Assembly: GCA_964016885.1 (NCBI GenBank)
Contig: OZ024740.1
Span: 139,562,001-139,626,000 of the forward strand
DNA length: 64,000 nucleotides
Direction: 5' to 3'
Source: Eledone cirrhosa
Taxonomy: Eukaryota
Part shown: positions 15,086 through 31,640 of the stretch, one piece after another
Layout: each line of letters opens with the position of its first letter
Position numbering within the stretch: the first letter of the stretch is position 1
Notes under the pieces: model-generated
The model's database searches: none
Seen by the model: the letters and a program-made list of their open reading frames with translations, nothing else
Told to the model about the DNA's origin: nothing
Program-made: the position numbers and the translations under genes

Positions 15086-15330
15086 TGTGGCGAATTAGCG
15101 GAATTGTTAGAGCATCGGATATGCTCCGATCCGCTGCGCTCCGATTTCAAATCCAGCCGGTGTCAACAATGTCTTTCATCCTTTCGAGGTCGATAAATAA
15201 AGTAACAGGCCGTGAGTGGAGGTGAATCGGTGAAATTGTTAAAGAATCGGACAAGATTTTTTCGGTTTATGTTGCGAAACTGTGTGACTTGAGTTCAAAT
15301 CCCACATTTTGTAACCGGCAAAAACGGCGA
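15086..15330 (+). mobile_element. Two tandem degenerate SINE copies
   Basis: gtggcgaattagcggaattgttagagcatcgga...tttcatcctttcgaggtcgataaataaagta, then a second head with gagttcaaatcc. Confidence 0.65.
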
Positions 15331-15683
15331 CGCTTTTGCCAGGAGTTGGGGCCCAACAGATAGTTTTAGTAATAGAAAAGAGTAATGTGAACATTCTTTC
15401 CTTGGTCCAATCTGAAAATCGTCTTCTTTCCTGTGTATATGACTGAATGGCTAAGGTGTTTGCTCTACAAGCATGAATTTCTGGGTTTGATCCGTGTGTA
15501 TCAACTTGAGTACGTGTCATTTAACCTAGCTTCCGTTTGATCTGAGATGTTTTCTTCAAGTTATTTATACAAAACAAAACACTATGAAGGGAAACAATAT
15601 ATCTGTGTAAGTATCTGTGTTTATCTGTCTGTGGTATAGGTTGTGTCTTGGTCTATATGCTTATATGTGTGCATGGTATATGT

Positions 15684-15718
<35 letters not shown>

Positions 15719-15794
15719 GTGAATGTATGTATGTGTGAATGTATATATATATGCATATATATATAGTTATATGTGTGTGCGTGTGCGTGTGCGT

Positions 15795-15840
<46 letters not shown>

Positions 15841-15924
15841 ATGTCTTATCAGCTGCTGAGATTCCAACCTTGCCACCAAATATCACCACCGATTATGATC
15901 TTGGCAGTAATTAAGATTATGCTA

Positions 15925-16143
15925 AGTGATGATGGTAATTGTAGTGGTGGTAGTGATGGTGCTGGCGATAATAAATGTATCATCACCATCACCATCACTA
16001 CGAAAATGAGGAAGATGGTGATACTGATAATGAAGGTGATGTTGATGATGAAGACGACAATTATAATATCGATGATGATGATGATAAAGAAAACAACGAC
16101 GATGCCGGTAATGATGATGATGATGATGATGACGATGATGATA

Positions 16144-16175
<32 letters not shown>

Positions 16176-16330
16176 GGTGGTGGTGATGATGACGATGTTG
16201 CTGATGATGACAACGATGACGATAATAACGATGTTGATGACGCTGCTGACAATGAGCGTGATGTCGATAATGACGACGATGATGACGGCGATAACGAAAT
16301 TATTTATGAAAATGAAAGGCAATGAAGATG
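15925..16330. repeat. Degenerate (GAT/GGT)n trinucleotide repeat
   Basis: Direct inspection of the sequence. Confidence 0.85.
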
Positions 16331-16519
16331 ATGGTTGTTATTGTTGTTTAACTCATGGTCCACTCTCACTGAACAAACCTATGTTCAAACGCCTTCCATT
16401 CATGAACAACCTACAGGATAAAGTGGGAAGCTCTTGCATCCAAATTCAGAGAAAACTGAAGATATTGAAACAGAGGGGAGACTGTTCAGCTCGCCAGTTT
16501 CTGTTTCAGCTGTTAAATG

Positions 16520-17140
16520 CTTGATGTGGCACCGGGTGGTAGACGGACCACTTGGTTAAATCAGAAGGTTCAAGATGCCACTCGAACAATGAAGGAGGCT
16601 TATAAAGCTTGGTTTGGAAATAAGCCCTCCTTGTTTTACAAGGAGGCTCGAAAAATCACAGTAGAGTCAGTAAAGTCGTCCAAAGGAGGACTTTGGGGTT
16701 AAGCTAAAATCATACTTTAGATTAGCAAATCAAGTATTCTAGCAAATTTTCCACCGACTTCGTAATAAGAAATCCCCCTCCACATCTGCTGTCAGCAACG
16801 CGGCTGGAGTTCTTCTTTCTTCAGAGAGGAGCATCCGCCCGAGGTGGAGTCGATACTTTGCTGATGTCCTAAACTCGGTCACAACATCTGATGTACATTA
16901 GGTGCCCCTACGAGCAGTGAATAACCTCTCGGAGGCTGAGCTCACAAGAATAATTAAATATTTCAAATGTGCTAAGGCCTCAGGGGAAGATCAAATTCGG
17001 CCCGAGATGTTTAAAGGGTGTTCCCTGTCTGACTTGTGTGTGCTGTGTTGCCTGGATCACTGGAAAAGCGCATAAGCAGTGGCAATCGGGAGTGATTTTA
17101 CTAATTTTAAAAGAAGGAGACAAAAACGATATATATAATC
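16520..17140 (+). mobile_element. RTE-clade LINE internal fragment (pre-RT region), degenerate
   Basis: Contains RTTWLNQKVQDA...KEAYKAW, KASGEDQIRPEMFK and WQSGVILLILKEGDK. Confidence 0.7.
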
Positions 17141-18163
17141 ACTCACTCACATACCCCCCCCCCCTCCACCTCTCTCTCTCTCTCTTTCACTCTCTTACTG
17201 AAATCGGCTGAGTTCAGATCTGGAGTAGGAGGGTCTTTACCAAGTTTAAATCCCGAAAACACGATGGATATTACTACAGTGCCCCTATCTCTACGACATT
17301 GCTGTTGCTAATGTGGTTACTAACGTTATTATATTTGTTATTGGAGTTAATATTGTTGCTGTAATAATGTTACTGTTGTTAATATAGTAATTGATATTAA
17401 TATTATTATAGATGTTATTCTTGTCGTTATTGTTCCTAATATTATTATAGCTGTCCAATGTAATTGATTGTTCATATTCTATAGTCCTACGTCAGCCGTC
17501 ATCCAGCAGACCACTACTAAAAGACATTCCAACTATGGTCATCCTGCTTTTTTTAGGGGGGGGGGGGGTTATAGGTAAGATTACCTTATCTAAAGTATAT
17601 TTTATTTCTTACGATGGAAGGATTTTATTTGGGGAATTTGCTTGCTATTTCTAGCAGAACGAACGGCCTCGTGGGTGTGCCCTCTTACTACGGCTCTTAT
17701 GTTTTATTTCTATTATTCTAATGGCTAATGTATGGTGTTATTGATGTTGCTGTTGTTCGTGGTGGCGTGCTTGCCCAAAGTGTCACGCAGCGGGACAGAA
17801 ACTTAATCACAAGTCATGGCCGCGCCTATGTATATATATATGTGTGTCTGTGTGTGTGTATGGGTGTATGGGTGTTTGTGTGTGTGTATGTGTGTGTGAG
17901 TGTATGTGTGTGTGTACGTATTTATTTTATTAAGGCTGAATAGTGAGTCTTGTTACTCTGATGTCTCGCACGTTTATCACAGAGTCATACTCTACTTCGG
18001 TATTAAGTACTCCTTTCTCTCAGCTGTTAACCACATATTGATATATATATATCAATATGTGTTTACCGGCGGACATATATATATATATATGGAGGAGAGA
18101 TATGTGTATATGTGTATAACGGGTGATAACGATATATTATCACTACATTATTGATAACCTAAA

Positions 18164-18207
<44 letters not shown>

Positions 18208-18212
<5 letters not shown>

Positions 18213-19892
18213 ATAAATGCTCTGAAATAGCGATATATATGTGAATATAGACATAGAATATTCGAAAATATTCTGTATGTTTATAATAAACATTTTGAAG
18301 ACCTAATCGCTATAGAATAGAATACGTCACGTATTACAATTAGATTCTCGATAAAAGCAAGGGAAGTAATCTACGCGTTTCATTCTCGTTAGAAATCATC
18401 AGGACTACATATCCAGTGCTTTTATCGAGAATGACACAGCTAGAGACTTATAGAATACTTAGCTGTGTACAGGAACTGGTTTGAAAGAGCGGTTGCCGGT
18501 CCGGCAGAAATTAGAAATTGGAATAAATGCTCTGAAATAGCGATATATATGTGAATATAGACATAAAATATTCGAAAATATTCTGTATGTTTATAATAAA
18601 CATTTTGAAGACCTAATCGCTATAGAATAGAATACGTCACGTATTACAATTAGATTCTCGATAAAAGCAAGGGAAGTAATCTACGCGTTTCATTCTCGTT
18701 AGAAATCATCAGGACTACATATCCAGTGCTTTTATCGAGAATGACACAGCTAGAGACTTATAGAATACTTAGCTGTGTACAGCTGTGCACTGGATATGTA
18801 GTCCTGATGATTTCTAACGAGAATGAAACGCGTAGATTACTTCCCTTGCTTTTATCGAGAATCTAATTGTAATACGTGACGTATTCTATTCTATAGCGAT
18901 TAGGTCTTCAAAATGTTTATTATAAACATACAGAATATTTTCGAATATTCTATGTCTATATTCACATATATATCGCTATTTCAGAGCATTTATTCCAATT
19001 TCTAATTTCTGCCGGACCGGCAACCGCTCTTTCAAACCAGTTCCTGTACACAGCTAAGTATTCTATAAGTCTCTAGCTGTGTCATTCTCGATAAAAGCAC
19101 TGGATATGTAGTCCTGATGATTTCTAACGAGAATGAAACGCGTAGATTACTTCCCTTGCTTTTATCGAGAATCTAATTGTAATACGTGACGTATTCTATT
19201 CTATAGCGATTAGGTCTTCAAAATGTTTATTATAAACATACAGAATATTTTCGAATATTCTATGTCTATATTCACATATATATCGCTATTTCAGAGCATT
19301 TATTCCAATTTCTAATTTCTGCCGGACCGGCAACCGCTCTTTCAAACCAGTTCCTGTACACAGCTAAGTATTCTATAAGTCTCTAGCTGTGTCATTCTCG
19401 ATAAAAGCACTGGATATGTAGTCCTGATGATTTCTAACGAGAATGAAACGCGTAGATTACTTCCCTTGCTTTTATCGAGAATCTAATTGTAATACGTGAC
19501 GTATTCTATTCTATAGCGATTAGGTCTTCAAAATGTTTATTATAAACATACAGAATATTTTCGAATATTCTATGTCTATATTCACATATATATCGCTATT
19601 TCAGAGCATTTATTCCAATTTCTAATTTCTGCCGGACCGGCAACCGCTCTTTCAAACCAGTTCCTGTACACAGCTAAGTATTCTATAAGTCTCTAGCTGT
19701 GTCATTCTCGATAAAAGCACTGGATATGTAGTCCTGATGATTTCTAACGAGAATGAAACGCGTAGATTACTTCCCTTGCTTTTATCGAGAATCTAATTGT
19801 AATACGTGACGTATTCTATTCTATAGCGATTAGGTCTTCAAAATGTTTATTATAAACATACAGAATATTTTCGAATATTCTATGTCTATATT

Positions 19893-19895
<3 letters not shown>
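18208..19895. mobile_element. Hammerhead-ribozyme tandem array 1: 310-bp units in two head-to-head arms (retrozyme-like), inserted in (TA)n
   Basis: CTGATGA cores at 18804, 19114, 19424 and 19734 on + give a period of 310. Two more on - lie at 18366-18408 and 18676-18718. Inversion junction ~18782. Confidence 0.92.
18798..18840 (+). ncRNA. Type I hammerhead ribozyme (representative of 6 copies in array 1)
   Basis: gtagtc-CTGATGA-t[ttct aacg agaa]t-GAAA-cgcg-TA-gattac. Stem I gtagtc/gattac, palindromic stem III, predicted cleavage after 18834. Confidence 0.88.
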
Positions 19896-19942
<47 letters not shown>

Positions 19943-20057
19943 GTTATTCCGGGTTGAATCGGAGGTAACCACAGTAAGTAAGGTACTCAATACATAGCAG
20001 AGTATGATTTCTAATGAATGAAACAGTTCTAGTCCTGTAGAATCTCATCTATATTAA

Positions 20058-20163
<106 letters not shown>

Positions 20164-20193
20164 ACACGGTGTGTATGATTGTGTATAGAAGAT

Positions 20194-20430
20194 TATATTA
20201 ATAAAAGGAATTCCAACTTTATCTGATTTACTCGTTTTATTTACAATCCTTTAAAATTTATAATGGTATTAGAATGAAATAGTATGGTAGAATATTAAAT
20301 TTTAAGTATTAATGGTCAATTAACACTTAAAATTTAATATTCTACCATACTATTTCATTCTAATACCATTATAAATTTTAAAGGATTGTAAATAAAACGA
20401 GTAAATCAGATAAAGTTGGAATTCCTTTTA

Positions 20431-20437
<7 letters not shown>
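20194..20437. repeat. Near-perfect ~245-bp palindrome ending in (TA)n
   Basis: tattaataaaaggaattccaactttatctg... / ...cagataaagttggaattccttttattaata, centre ~20315. Confidence 0.9.
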
Positions 20438-20500
<63 letters not shown>

Positions 20501-21032
20501 GGAGGGATATGTGTATATGTGTGAGTGCATGCCAGCGCACACACATATACATATACAAGCATCTCAACAAACTGACACGCATTACACATACACAAATTAG
20601 CATTCACCGCTAAGGTCGTATGACTATTCATAAAACATCTGACAGTTATAAATGTACTGAGACAACAGAGGTGAGCCTGTATCCTAAGTGGAATCGTGGG
20701 ATGTATGTGTTTGTAGTGATGAGTGGACAGATGCAGTTTATAGAAATAGGTGACAGCTGAAAGGCTAGTAGTGTGACAGTGGTTATCTCTGGTCAATATT
20801 GAATTATCTTGGAGTAGGGCAATATAAGGAGTTATGGGAAAATTGCAAGAGGTCGAGCCAGCGGTGAAATAGTAAGAGGTTTTTTTTCACTCCAAAGTCG
20901 GTCAATTTTCTGGTGATGAAGTGGGCTAGGGCGGGTTTTAGGTTCCGCTATACGGAAGACTGGACACAAAGAAATACAAGAAAATATAAGGTCCTGGACA
21001 ACTATAACGTTTATGAGGAGAGGGACAGACAT

Positions 21033-21079
<47 letters not shown>

Positions 21080-21361
21080 ATATATGTATATGAGGAGGTG
21101 TGGGTTGGGGTGGGTGCGTGTGTGCGTGTGTGTATGTATGCATATAATATATATATATATAAATGTGTATCCCGGGTTCAATCGGAGGTACTCAATACGT
21201 AGTAGTGTATAAATGTTTAATATAGAAAACAAGAAGCCATTCCTATATTAAATTGTCCTTAACACTATGACTTATTAAAATAATATAAACAACTCACTAT
21301 CCGGATGGCTTCCAAAAATAATGGTTGCATTTAAATAGGTACGTAAAACTGTTATATATTG

Positions 21362-21426
21362 TATTTTGTCTGATGAAGGCATACCATAATTTAATTTGGT
21401 ATCCCTGAAATATGTATAATGAAATA
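21362..21426 (+). ncRNA. Type I hammerhead ribozyme, family F3
   Basis: tattttgt-CTGATGA-aggcatacca[taatttaatt]tggtatccct-GAAA-tatgta-TA-atgaaata. 8-bp stem I includes two G-U pairs. Confidence 0.75.
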
Positions 21427-21465
21427 AATATGGTTTTATAAATATAGTTTCCATTTATTAATATC

Positions 21466-21571
<106 letters not shown>

Positions 21572-21760
21572 GAAAATGAAAAATCAGTGCTGCATCTGAA
21601 CTCAATTTATTGTGTGTTACAATTGTTTCGCCGGCGGACAGTTCGAGACGCAATCATTGTGTGGATTTGTCTGATTCTGGACCCGCAGGTTCGACGGACA
21701 CGTCTAATGATTTCGGAGCATTTTCTCTCACTAAGATGGAAGCATCTTAGCTACCATCAG

Positions 21761-21815
<55 letters not shown>

Positions 21816-21834
21816 CAAGCCTGTTTATAAACAT

Positions 21835-22368
<534 letters not shown>

Positions 22369-22607
22369 ATACATATATATATATAAATGTATATATTATA
22401 TATATATATATTGTATATATATGTGTGTGTGTGTATACATTCATTCTTATAGTAATTTATTTTTTACTGGTTATGGAACTTTTGTCGATCCGCTGAATTT
22501 TCCGACAGAGTATATGCTCATTACCGGACTAAACACGAGAAACAATTTATAGACAGATGGCATATATTAACAAACACAAGTTCAAATACAATCACATACT
22601 CCACCCT

Positions 22608-24791
<2,184 letters not shown>

Positions 24792-24803
24792 TATATAGAT
24801 ATT

Positions 24804-24984
24804 GCTTCTACAGGACTAGAATCGTTTCATTCGAAAGAAATCATCAGGGCTTTCCTGATTATTTCTTTCGAATTAAATTGTTCTAGTCATATAGAAGCGG
24901 TATCTATATTAAACTTTGTACATACTCTACTAATGTATTGAGTCCTTCACTTACTGTCGTTAATCTCGATTGAACCCAGGACTC

Positions 24985-24985
<1 letters not shown>
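24804..24985. mobile_element. Family F2 element with head-to-head hammerhead-like fold-back
   Basis: Minus strand reads CTGATGA-tttctttcgaat-GAAA-cgattctag-TC-ctgtag. An inverted degenerate copy starts at 24853. Confidence 0.7.
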
Positions 24986-25052
<67 letters not shown>

Positions 25053-25340
25053 ACTGAGAGAGAGAGAGAGAGAGAGCGAGAGGGGTCCATATAAATGTGT
25101 ACGTACATAATTGAACATCATACTCATTTAAATATATTCAGTTAGTTATATGAATGTTATATATATGAAGTGTAGAATTGATCTATCTTGTTGTGGTTAA
25201 TACAATGGGGTTGCATAACTGCTGTCGATTAATCAATTTATCGGTGAAATCTACGGTTGTTTTGCCCTTTGAAACGATCCTAAAAAAATGGATTAATTAT
25301 GTACTAAACTTTGTCTCATTTGTTCTCATTGTTCAACCAT

Positions 25341-25489
<149 letters not shown>

Positions 25490-25552
25490 ATATATAGGGA
25501 TGAAAAATGGCCATCATATGATGGCCAGAAGATCACTGGCTTCTTACTCTAT

Positions 25553-25633
<81 letters not shown>

Positions 25634-26362
25634 TAAATTTAGCGAGAATCGCATTTCGGCGGGTAGAAATTAGCGAAACGCACCTTTCGTAATGTGTAGA
25701 CAAGCGCTCCATGGATATGAAGAAGATACCAGAGCTATAAACATAAGTTAAAAAGATCATACAAACTGAGACGATGGTTAAGAAGCCATTAACCACCAGA
25801 TCCAAATAAGCGAACAAGCTAAACGGGTCAAACAAAATATGATATGATTGAAATAGTTACCCGGACCCTCGGGGAAGATGGAATACTCCGAATTTGGGTT
25901 TCTGCAACACCTAAATCAATAATTGTTTCTACTTTAGGCACAAGGCCAGAAATTTACTGTCTGCTTATAAAGAATTAACTTTTGGTATAATGATCGACCA
26001 AGGCATCGCTTTCTCAACAGGCATTTTGTACTTTGTGGTCCAGAATCTTACAGGTTATGAAAGCACATGTGAGGTTCCAAGGGGAGAAAACCCCTATTTT
26101 GGCAAATGAATTCAGTATGTGTAGTTATTGCAAAAATTTGCAAGAATAGCACAAAACGAATTAAGCTCTCTACCGAGTAGTTTTTACAATAAACTTAAGT
26201 GATTTATCACTCAATAGAATTAAATAAAGAGCCAAATAAATGAACTGGTTAATTGCTAGACTTGGGAGGTTAATACAAATATAAATTTAGCGAGAATCGC
26301 ATTTCGATATATATATGTATATATGTGTGTATGCAAGTATATATGTATACATGTATGTATAT

Positions 26363-26876
<514 letters not shown>

Positions 26877-27433
26877 CATATATATGTATGTATGTATATA
26901 TATGTATAGTCTATATCAGCATATCTGAATACCTGCATTCGTGAGAGTGTGTATGTGTCGATATTGGGTGTATGTACTTGGTCTGACCTCTTGCGTTGAA
27001 ACATTATTAGATTCTAAGTTAATATAAGTGAAACAACTAGATGACAACCTCATCATACGTGATACGTCATTGAAAGTTAATTTGGTGAATATATAGCATT
27101 TTAATATAATTGTCGCCGTTTTCTACAGATCTTTGCCTCCATTCGTACCAATCTCTGGTTAATTATCAAACCTCCTTCTTCTTCTAACTCCAACCCCATC
27201 TTTCTCGCTATCACTCACTCCCCCCACCTCCCTCCGTCTTTTATTTCTCCCCTCTTCTCTCTCTCTCTTTCTCTCTCTCTGTCCCAATCTCTCTCTCTTT
27301 CTCTCGCTCTCTCTCTGTCCCTATCTCTCCGCTCTCACTCGCTTTTTCTTGTTTTTCATATATTTTTACATCGTTCTTCTGCTCCTCTCTATTCTTCGTC
27401 TCCAAATTACTTATTTTATTCTCTCTCTCTCGC

Positions 27434-27506
<73 letters not shown>

Positions 27507-27509
27507 TTT

Positions 27510-27625
<116 letters not shown>

Positions 27626-28034
27626 TTTCTCCCTCTCTCTCCGCTCTCTCTCTTTCTCTCTCTTTCCCCAACTCTTAAACTCTCCTTTCCGCGCTATTCC
27701 TTCATCTCTCAATATGTATGCGTGTGGGGGGGGGGGGGGGCTGGGGGGGGGGGGGATGTTTAAGTTTGCGTTGCAAGCGTCTTAAAGATTATAGCTGTTG
27801 TGGAGTAATAGTACAGTCACCTTCAATCTTTACGCAGGATTAGTTTCCTTCACAATATATTAGAGCGACTCCCCGGGAAAAAGCAACCATATAGACAGCC
27901 GTGCAAGAAACTAATTAACCTTAACAAGAAGTCTAAGCACCTTCCAATACAATAAATAATTTGATTAGCAATAGGAGCAGAATGGTATTTAAAATATCCT
28001 CAAAGAGGGAGCCACTTTTATTTAACAAAAAGTA

Positions 28035-29595
28035 GCTGACTATGGAGAGGTACAACTGGTATATCGTGGGATTTTGGAAGGTCGGGGGGAAATATTTCGG
28101 TGAACACCTTACCGATGAAGGTCATGAACTCTATTACAGTGGAGAACTTGACACACATGTGCATGGAGTAGGTTTCCTGTCAACAAGAACCTCAAGAATG
28201 TTGTACTTAGTGTCGTCCAGTATCCAGCAGGCTCATCCCCATCTGCCTTCGAGCAGCACTATTCAACATTACAGTGATACAAGCCTATGTACCAACAACG
28301 GACTATGAGGATGACCAGGTGGAGAAATTCTATATAAAACCCCAGGATATTATCGACAAGGTTGATGAGAAAGATATCATTAATATACACGGAAACTGGA
28401 ATGCCAAGATAGGTGAGGATGCAGTGAAAGACTGGCGGGAATTCTGTGGACCTTCCTGTAATGCTGTAACCAACGAGCGAGGACTATACCTGCTTGAATA
28501 CATTAGTTATAATGACATGCTGCTTGTTAACACCCTTGGTGAGCACAAGGCCTCACGGCGTTGGACCTGGCACTGCCCCAATGGAACACACCACCAGATT
28601 TACTACATTATGGTGAAGAACCGGTTTCGGTCTGAAACCAGCAGACAGAGCAAGAACCTTTTCAGGTGCAGATATAATGAATGACTATGACTTGGTGTTG
28701 TTAAACTTCAGAGTCAGGCTGGAGAAGATCAAGAAACGCAAGAACACCAGACTGAAGTTCAACAGGGACAGGCTGAAGGACTCCGTCATCGATGAGTCCT
28801 TCAAAGCAACTGTTTGTGTTGCAGTTCTGTTCACACTCGAAGACGATGTTGAAACGATGACAGCAAAGTTCAACGCGGTGGTGACATAGTCAGCAAACGA
28901 CATCTTAGGAAAACACGACAGAAAAACTCCGCCTTGGGTCATAGACGTTCTTAAATTGTGTGAAGAACTTAAGAAGAGAAATTAAAAAAATATAGAGAAG
29001 GACCACAGTCAATGGTCAAGAGCTGAAGACTGTAACATAGTTCAAATAGCTTGGTTAAGAGGAATTCAGGGCAGAGGTCCTTGCAAGGAGTGCTCTAATA
29101 GACACAGCACTTGCTACGCTAAAACCTCTCCGCGTGCGTTGGTCTTATCCATCTCTATATACCCATACGAGTCATGGACCCTGACCACTGAACTGCAAAC
29201 AAAGATCCAAACAGTGGAGAAGAGATACAATGGAAGAATCCTGGGAATCTCCTACACAGAACACATCGAGGTCCGGGAAAGAATCACCCAGCACGTAAGC
29301 CACTTTGAATATCTGCTGACCACGGTGAAGAGGAGAAAGCTGAGGTGGTATGAGCATATAACAAGATCGGACGGACTCTTTAAGACAATGTCTCCAAGGA
29401 ACAGTGCGGGACAAACTGAGGAAGCGATAGACAGACAACATTGCTGAGTAAACAGGAAAGAACTTTACCACAACCCAAGCACTCGCAATTGACCGCCAGA
29501 TATGGAGACAGTTAGTGCAGCATTCAACGCTGCAGTGTCCCAACAACCCCGAAAAGGGTTAAGGGACCATGACGATGATGATGATGATGATGATG
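28035..29595 (+). mobile_element. RTE/BovB-like LINE, internally deleted (APE endonuclease + RT C-terminus + (GAT)n tail)
   Basis: IQAYVPT, GNWNAKIG, TNERG, WTWHCPNG.HHQIYYI, then YESWTLT...KRRKLRWYEHITR. The RT core is missing. Confidence 0.85.
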
Positions 29596-30323
29596 GGCCA
29601 ACTATTAACATATCACATTAGGAAGAAGCGGTTTTAGAGATATATAGACAGTTTAGCAAGGCGCAATAAACCTATAAGTATAATATAATCTGGTTTAACA
29701 TATTTTTTCAGAAAAAGTAGAGTAATTAGATTTAGTTAAGAACATTTACCTTTTACCACTAGATATTCCCCTGTTAATCACTACTCCTTGATAAGCTATT
29801 CAATAAGAAAATAACACACTAATGTCAATCTTATGTCTATAAAAATGCTAGAAGAATCATAAATTCTGACGCGCTAGCGAAAACAATAACCAAGATCTCA
29901 GATACAATTACACAATTATGCAAACGTATGTTTACGCTAAACTAATATTCTGAGTAGCGTAATTATGGAGAAAAAGGCATATCGGCATAAACAAATACAG
30001 CGTCAAGGACTGGTTTCTGAATCACATTTTCCCATTGAGACCAAAATAAAAACATGGTGTTGTCTAAACATGCATAGAAACTGACGTTTCATAATAGCTA
30101 ATAAATCACTTGCCAATTTCATAGTTCTGCGACAACTATGTGACCAGGGCAATCTGAACGTGGGCCATTTGAAAGCTAAGTATCTTGATCACAGTCACAG
30201 CACAATAGTGATGACAATATATGAACTACTGATCTTTAGGCTGATTGCTTTGTACTCCATCCACTTGACAACCAATTCCCTCCGACGCAACTACATTAAT
30301 ATATATCCATTATTTGTAATATA

Positions 30324-30550
30324 TGAGGCGGTGGTTTGGCAGTACCAGTAGAGCGTCGGATAACATGCTTTTTGGTATAGAGTTACCTCCCTTTACGTCT
30401 AAGTTAAAATTCACCGAGCTTAGCTTTGCCTTTCATCCTTACGGAGTTGATAATATGAAGTATCAGTAACGCACTGAGGTCGATTTAATCGACTTATCTC
30501 CCCCCCCCCCCCAAATGTTTGCCCTTGTGCCTAAATCAAAAACCATTATT
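30324..30550 (+). mobile_element. tRNA-derived SINE
   Basis: gaggcggtggtttggcag...tttgcctttcatccttacggagttgataa...gcccttgtgcctaaa. Confidence 0.8.
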
Positions 30551-30698
30551 TGCAATGTATATATATAAAGTCCATTGTTTAATATTGTTACATACTACTG
30601 TTAAATAATTTTCTAGACATCATACGTACACACATACATACATACATACATACGTACATACATACATACACACATACATACATACATACATACATACA

Positions 30699-30730
<32 letters not shown>

Positions 30731-31049
30731 CTATACACGTAATTGCTGCAAACTCTGCTAAGAGTATTGCAATCGCATGTCAGATTATAGAATTTAGTGT
30801 ATTTTTAGGCTATGGCCAGCCACACGAACCTGTAACATATCCTGAACAAGCAATGCCTGCGCTTTGAAAGTTTTTTTAAGTGGGGAAAGGCCTTGCACTC
30901 GGCCAATCCCACTACCCGAAAAGGAGAACTAGTCAGCATCATCGGATGCTTCCGAAGCCGCAGGTTTTTTTTCAAAGTTTCCCTCTCCTAGAAAGGTGTT
31001 GTGATAACAACTGGGGGCCTTTCACTCCCTATACACATATACATACATA

Positions 31050-31640
31050 TGGTGGCTGCCAACTCGTTTTCGAGTACGGCCACTACTTTATATCCATGTA
31101 GGAGAACCCCTACCGATGCGCTGAATGAGTGTGACTTTTTAGTCCAGCCAGCGACTTGAAAACTCTGGTACAAACACTACACCTGTGATAATTATTGACA
31201 CACAATGTGACGACAAGTGCAGAGAGATCTCCAGATATAAAGCAATGCCTGTGCCGTGAAGCTATTATAGTGAACAAAGGCACTGCACAAAGCCAGTCCC
31301 ACTCTCTTAACCAAGATGATATTTACCAAAAAGAAGAACAAGTCAACATCATTGGATACCATCAGGGTTGCAGGTGTTATATCAGAGTATTCCTTCTCCT
31401 AGAATTCTGCCTTGACAAAGGCTAAGGGGTCATCTCTCCCGGTGATTTTGGATTGCCATTGACTCTTAAAAGCTCCTTTGCCCTTTGACAGGTTTTGTTT
31501 TTAGTCCTGCAGGATGTCCAAAGTCACCCTCCTCCATAAGAAACTTTGGTGGGGTTGCCAGTTTAGTCGCCAACGACCCGACCATGAGACAGGTTGTACT
31601 GGGATACATGTTACCAGTAGCACCAACTGGTGACCTGACA
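31050..31640 (-). mobile_element. Non-autonomous RTE-derived element, full-length ~590 bp
   Basis: Reverse complement of 33597-34205. Contains tctaggagaaggaa.actctgat, which resembles an RTE/BovB 5'UTR motif as I recall it. Microsatellite tail. Confidence 0.75.

Noticed and set aside
15739-16524. Poly-Met / poly-Asp ORFs
   Set aside because: Products of a (GAT)n repeat.
18208-19895. CRISPR array or ordinary satellite
   Set aside because: No unique spacers, eukaryotic context, and units contain a ribozyme and invert mid-array.
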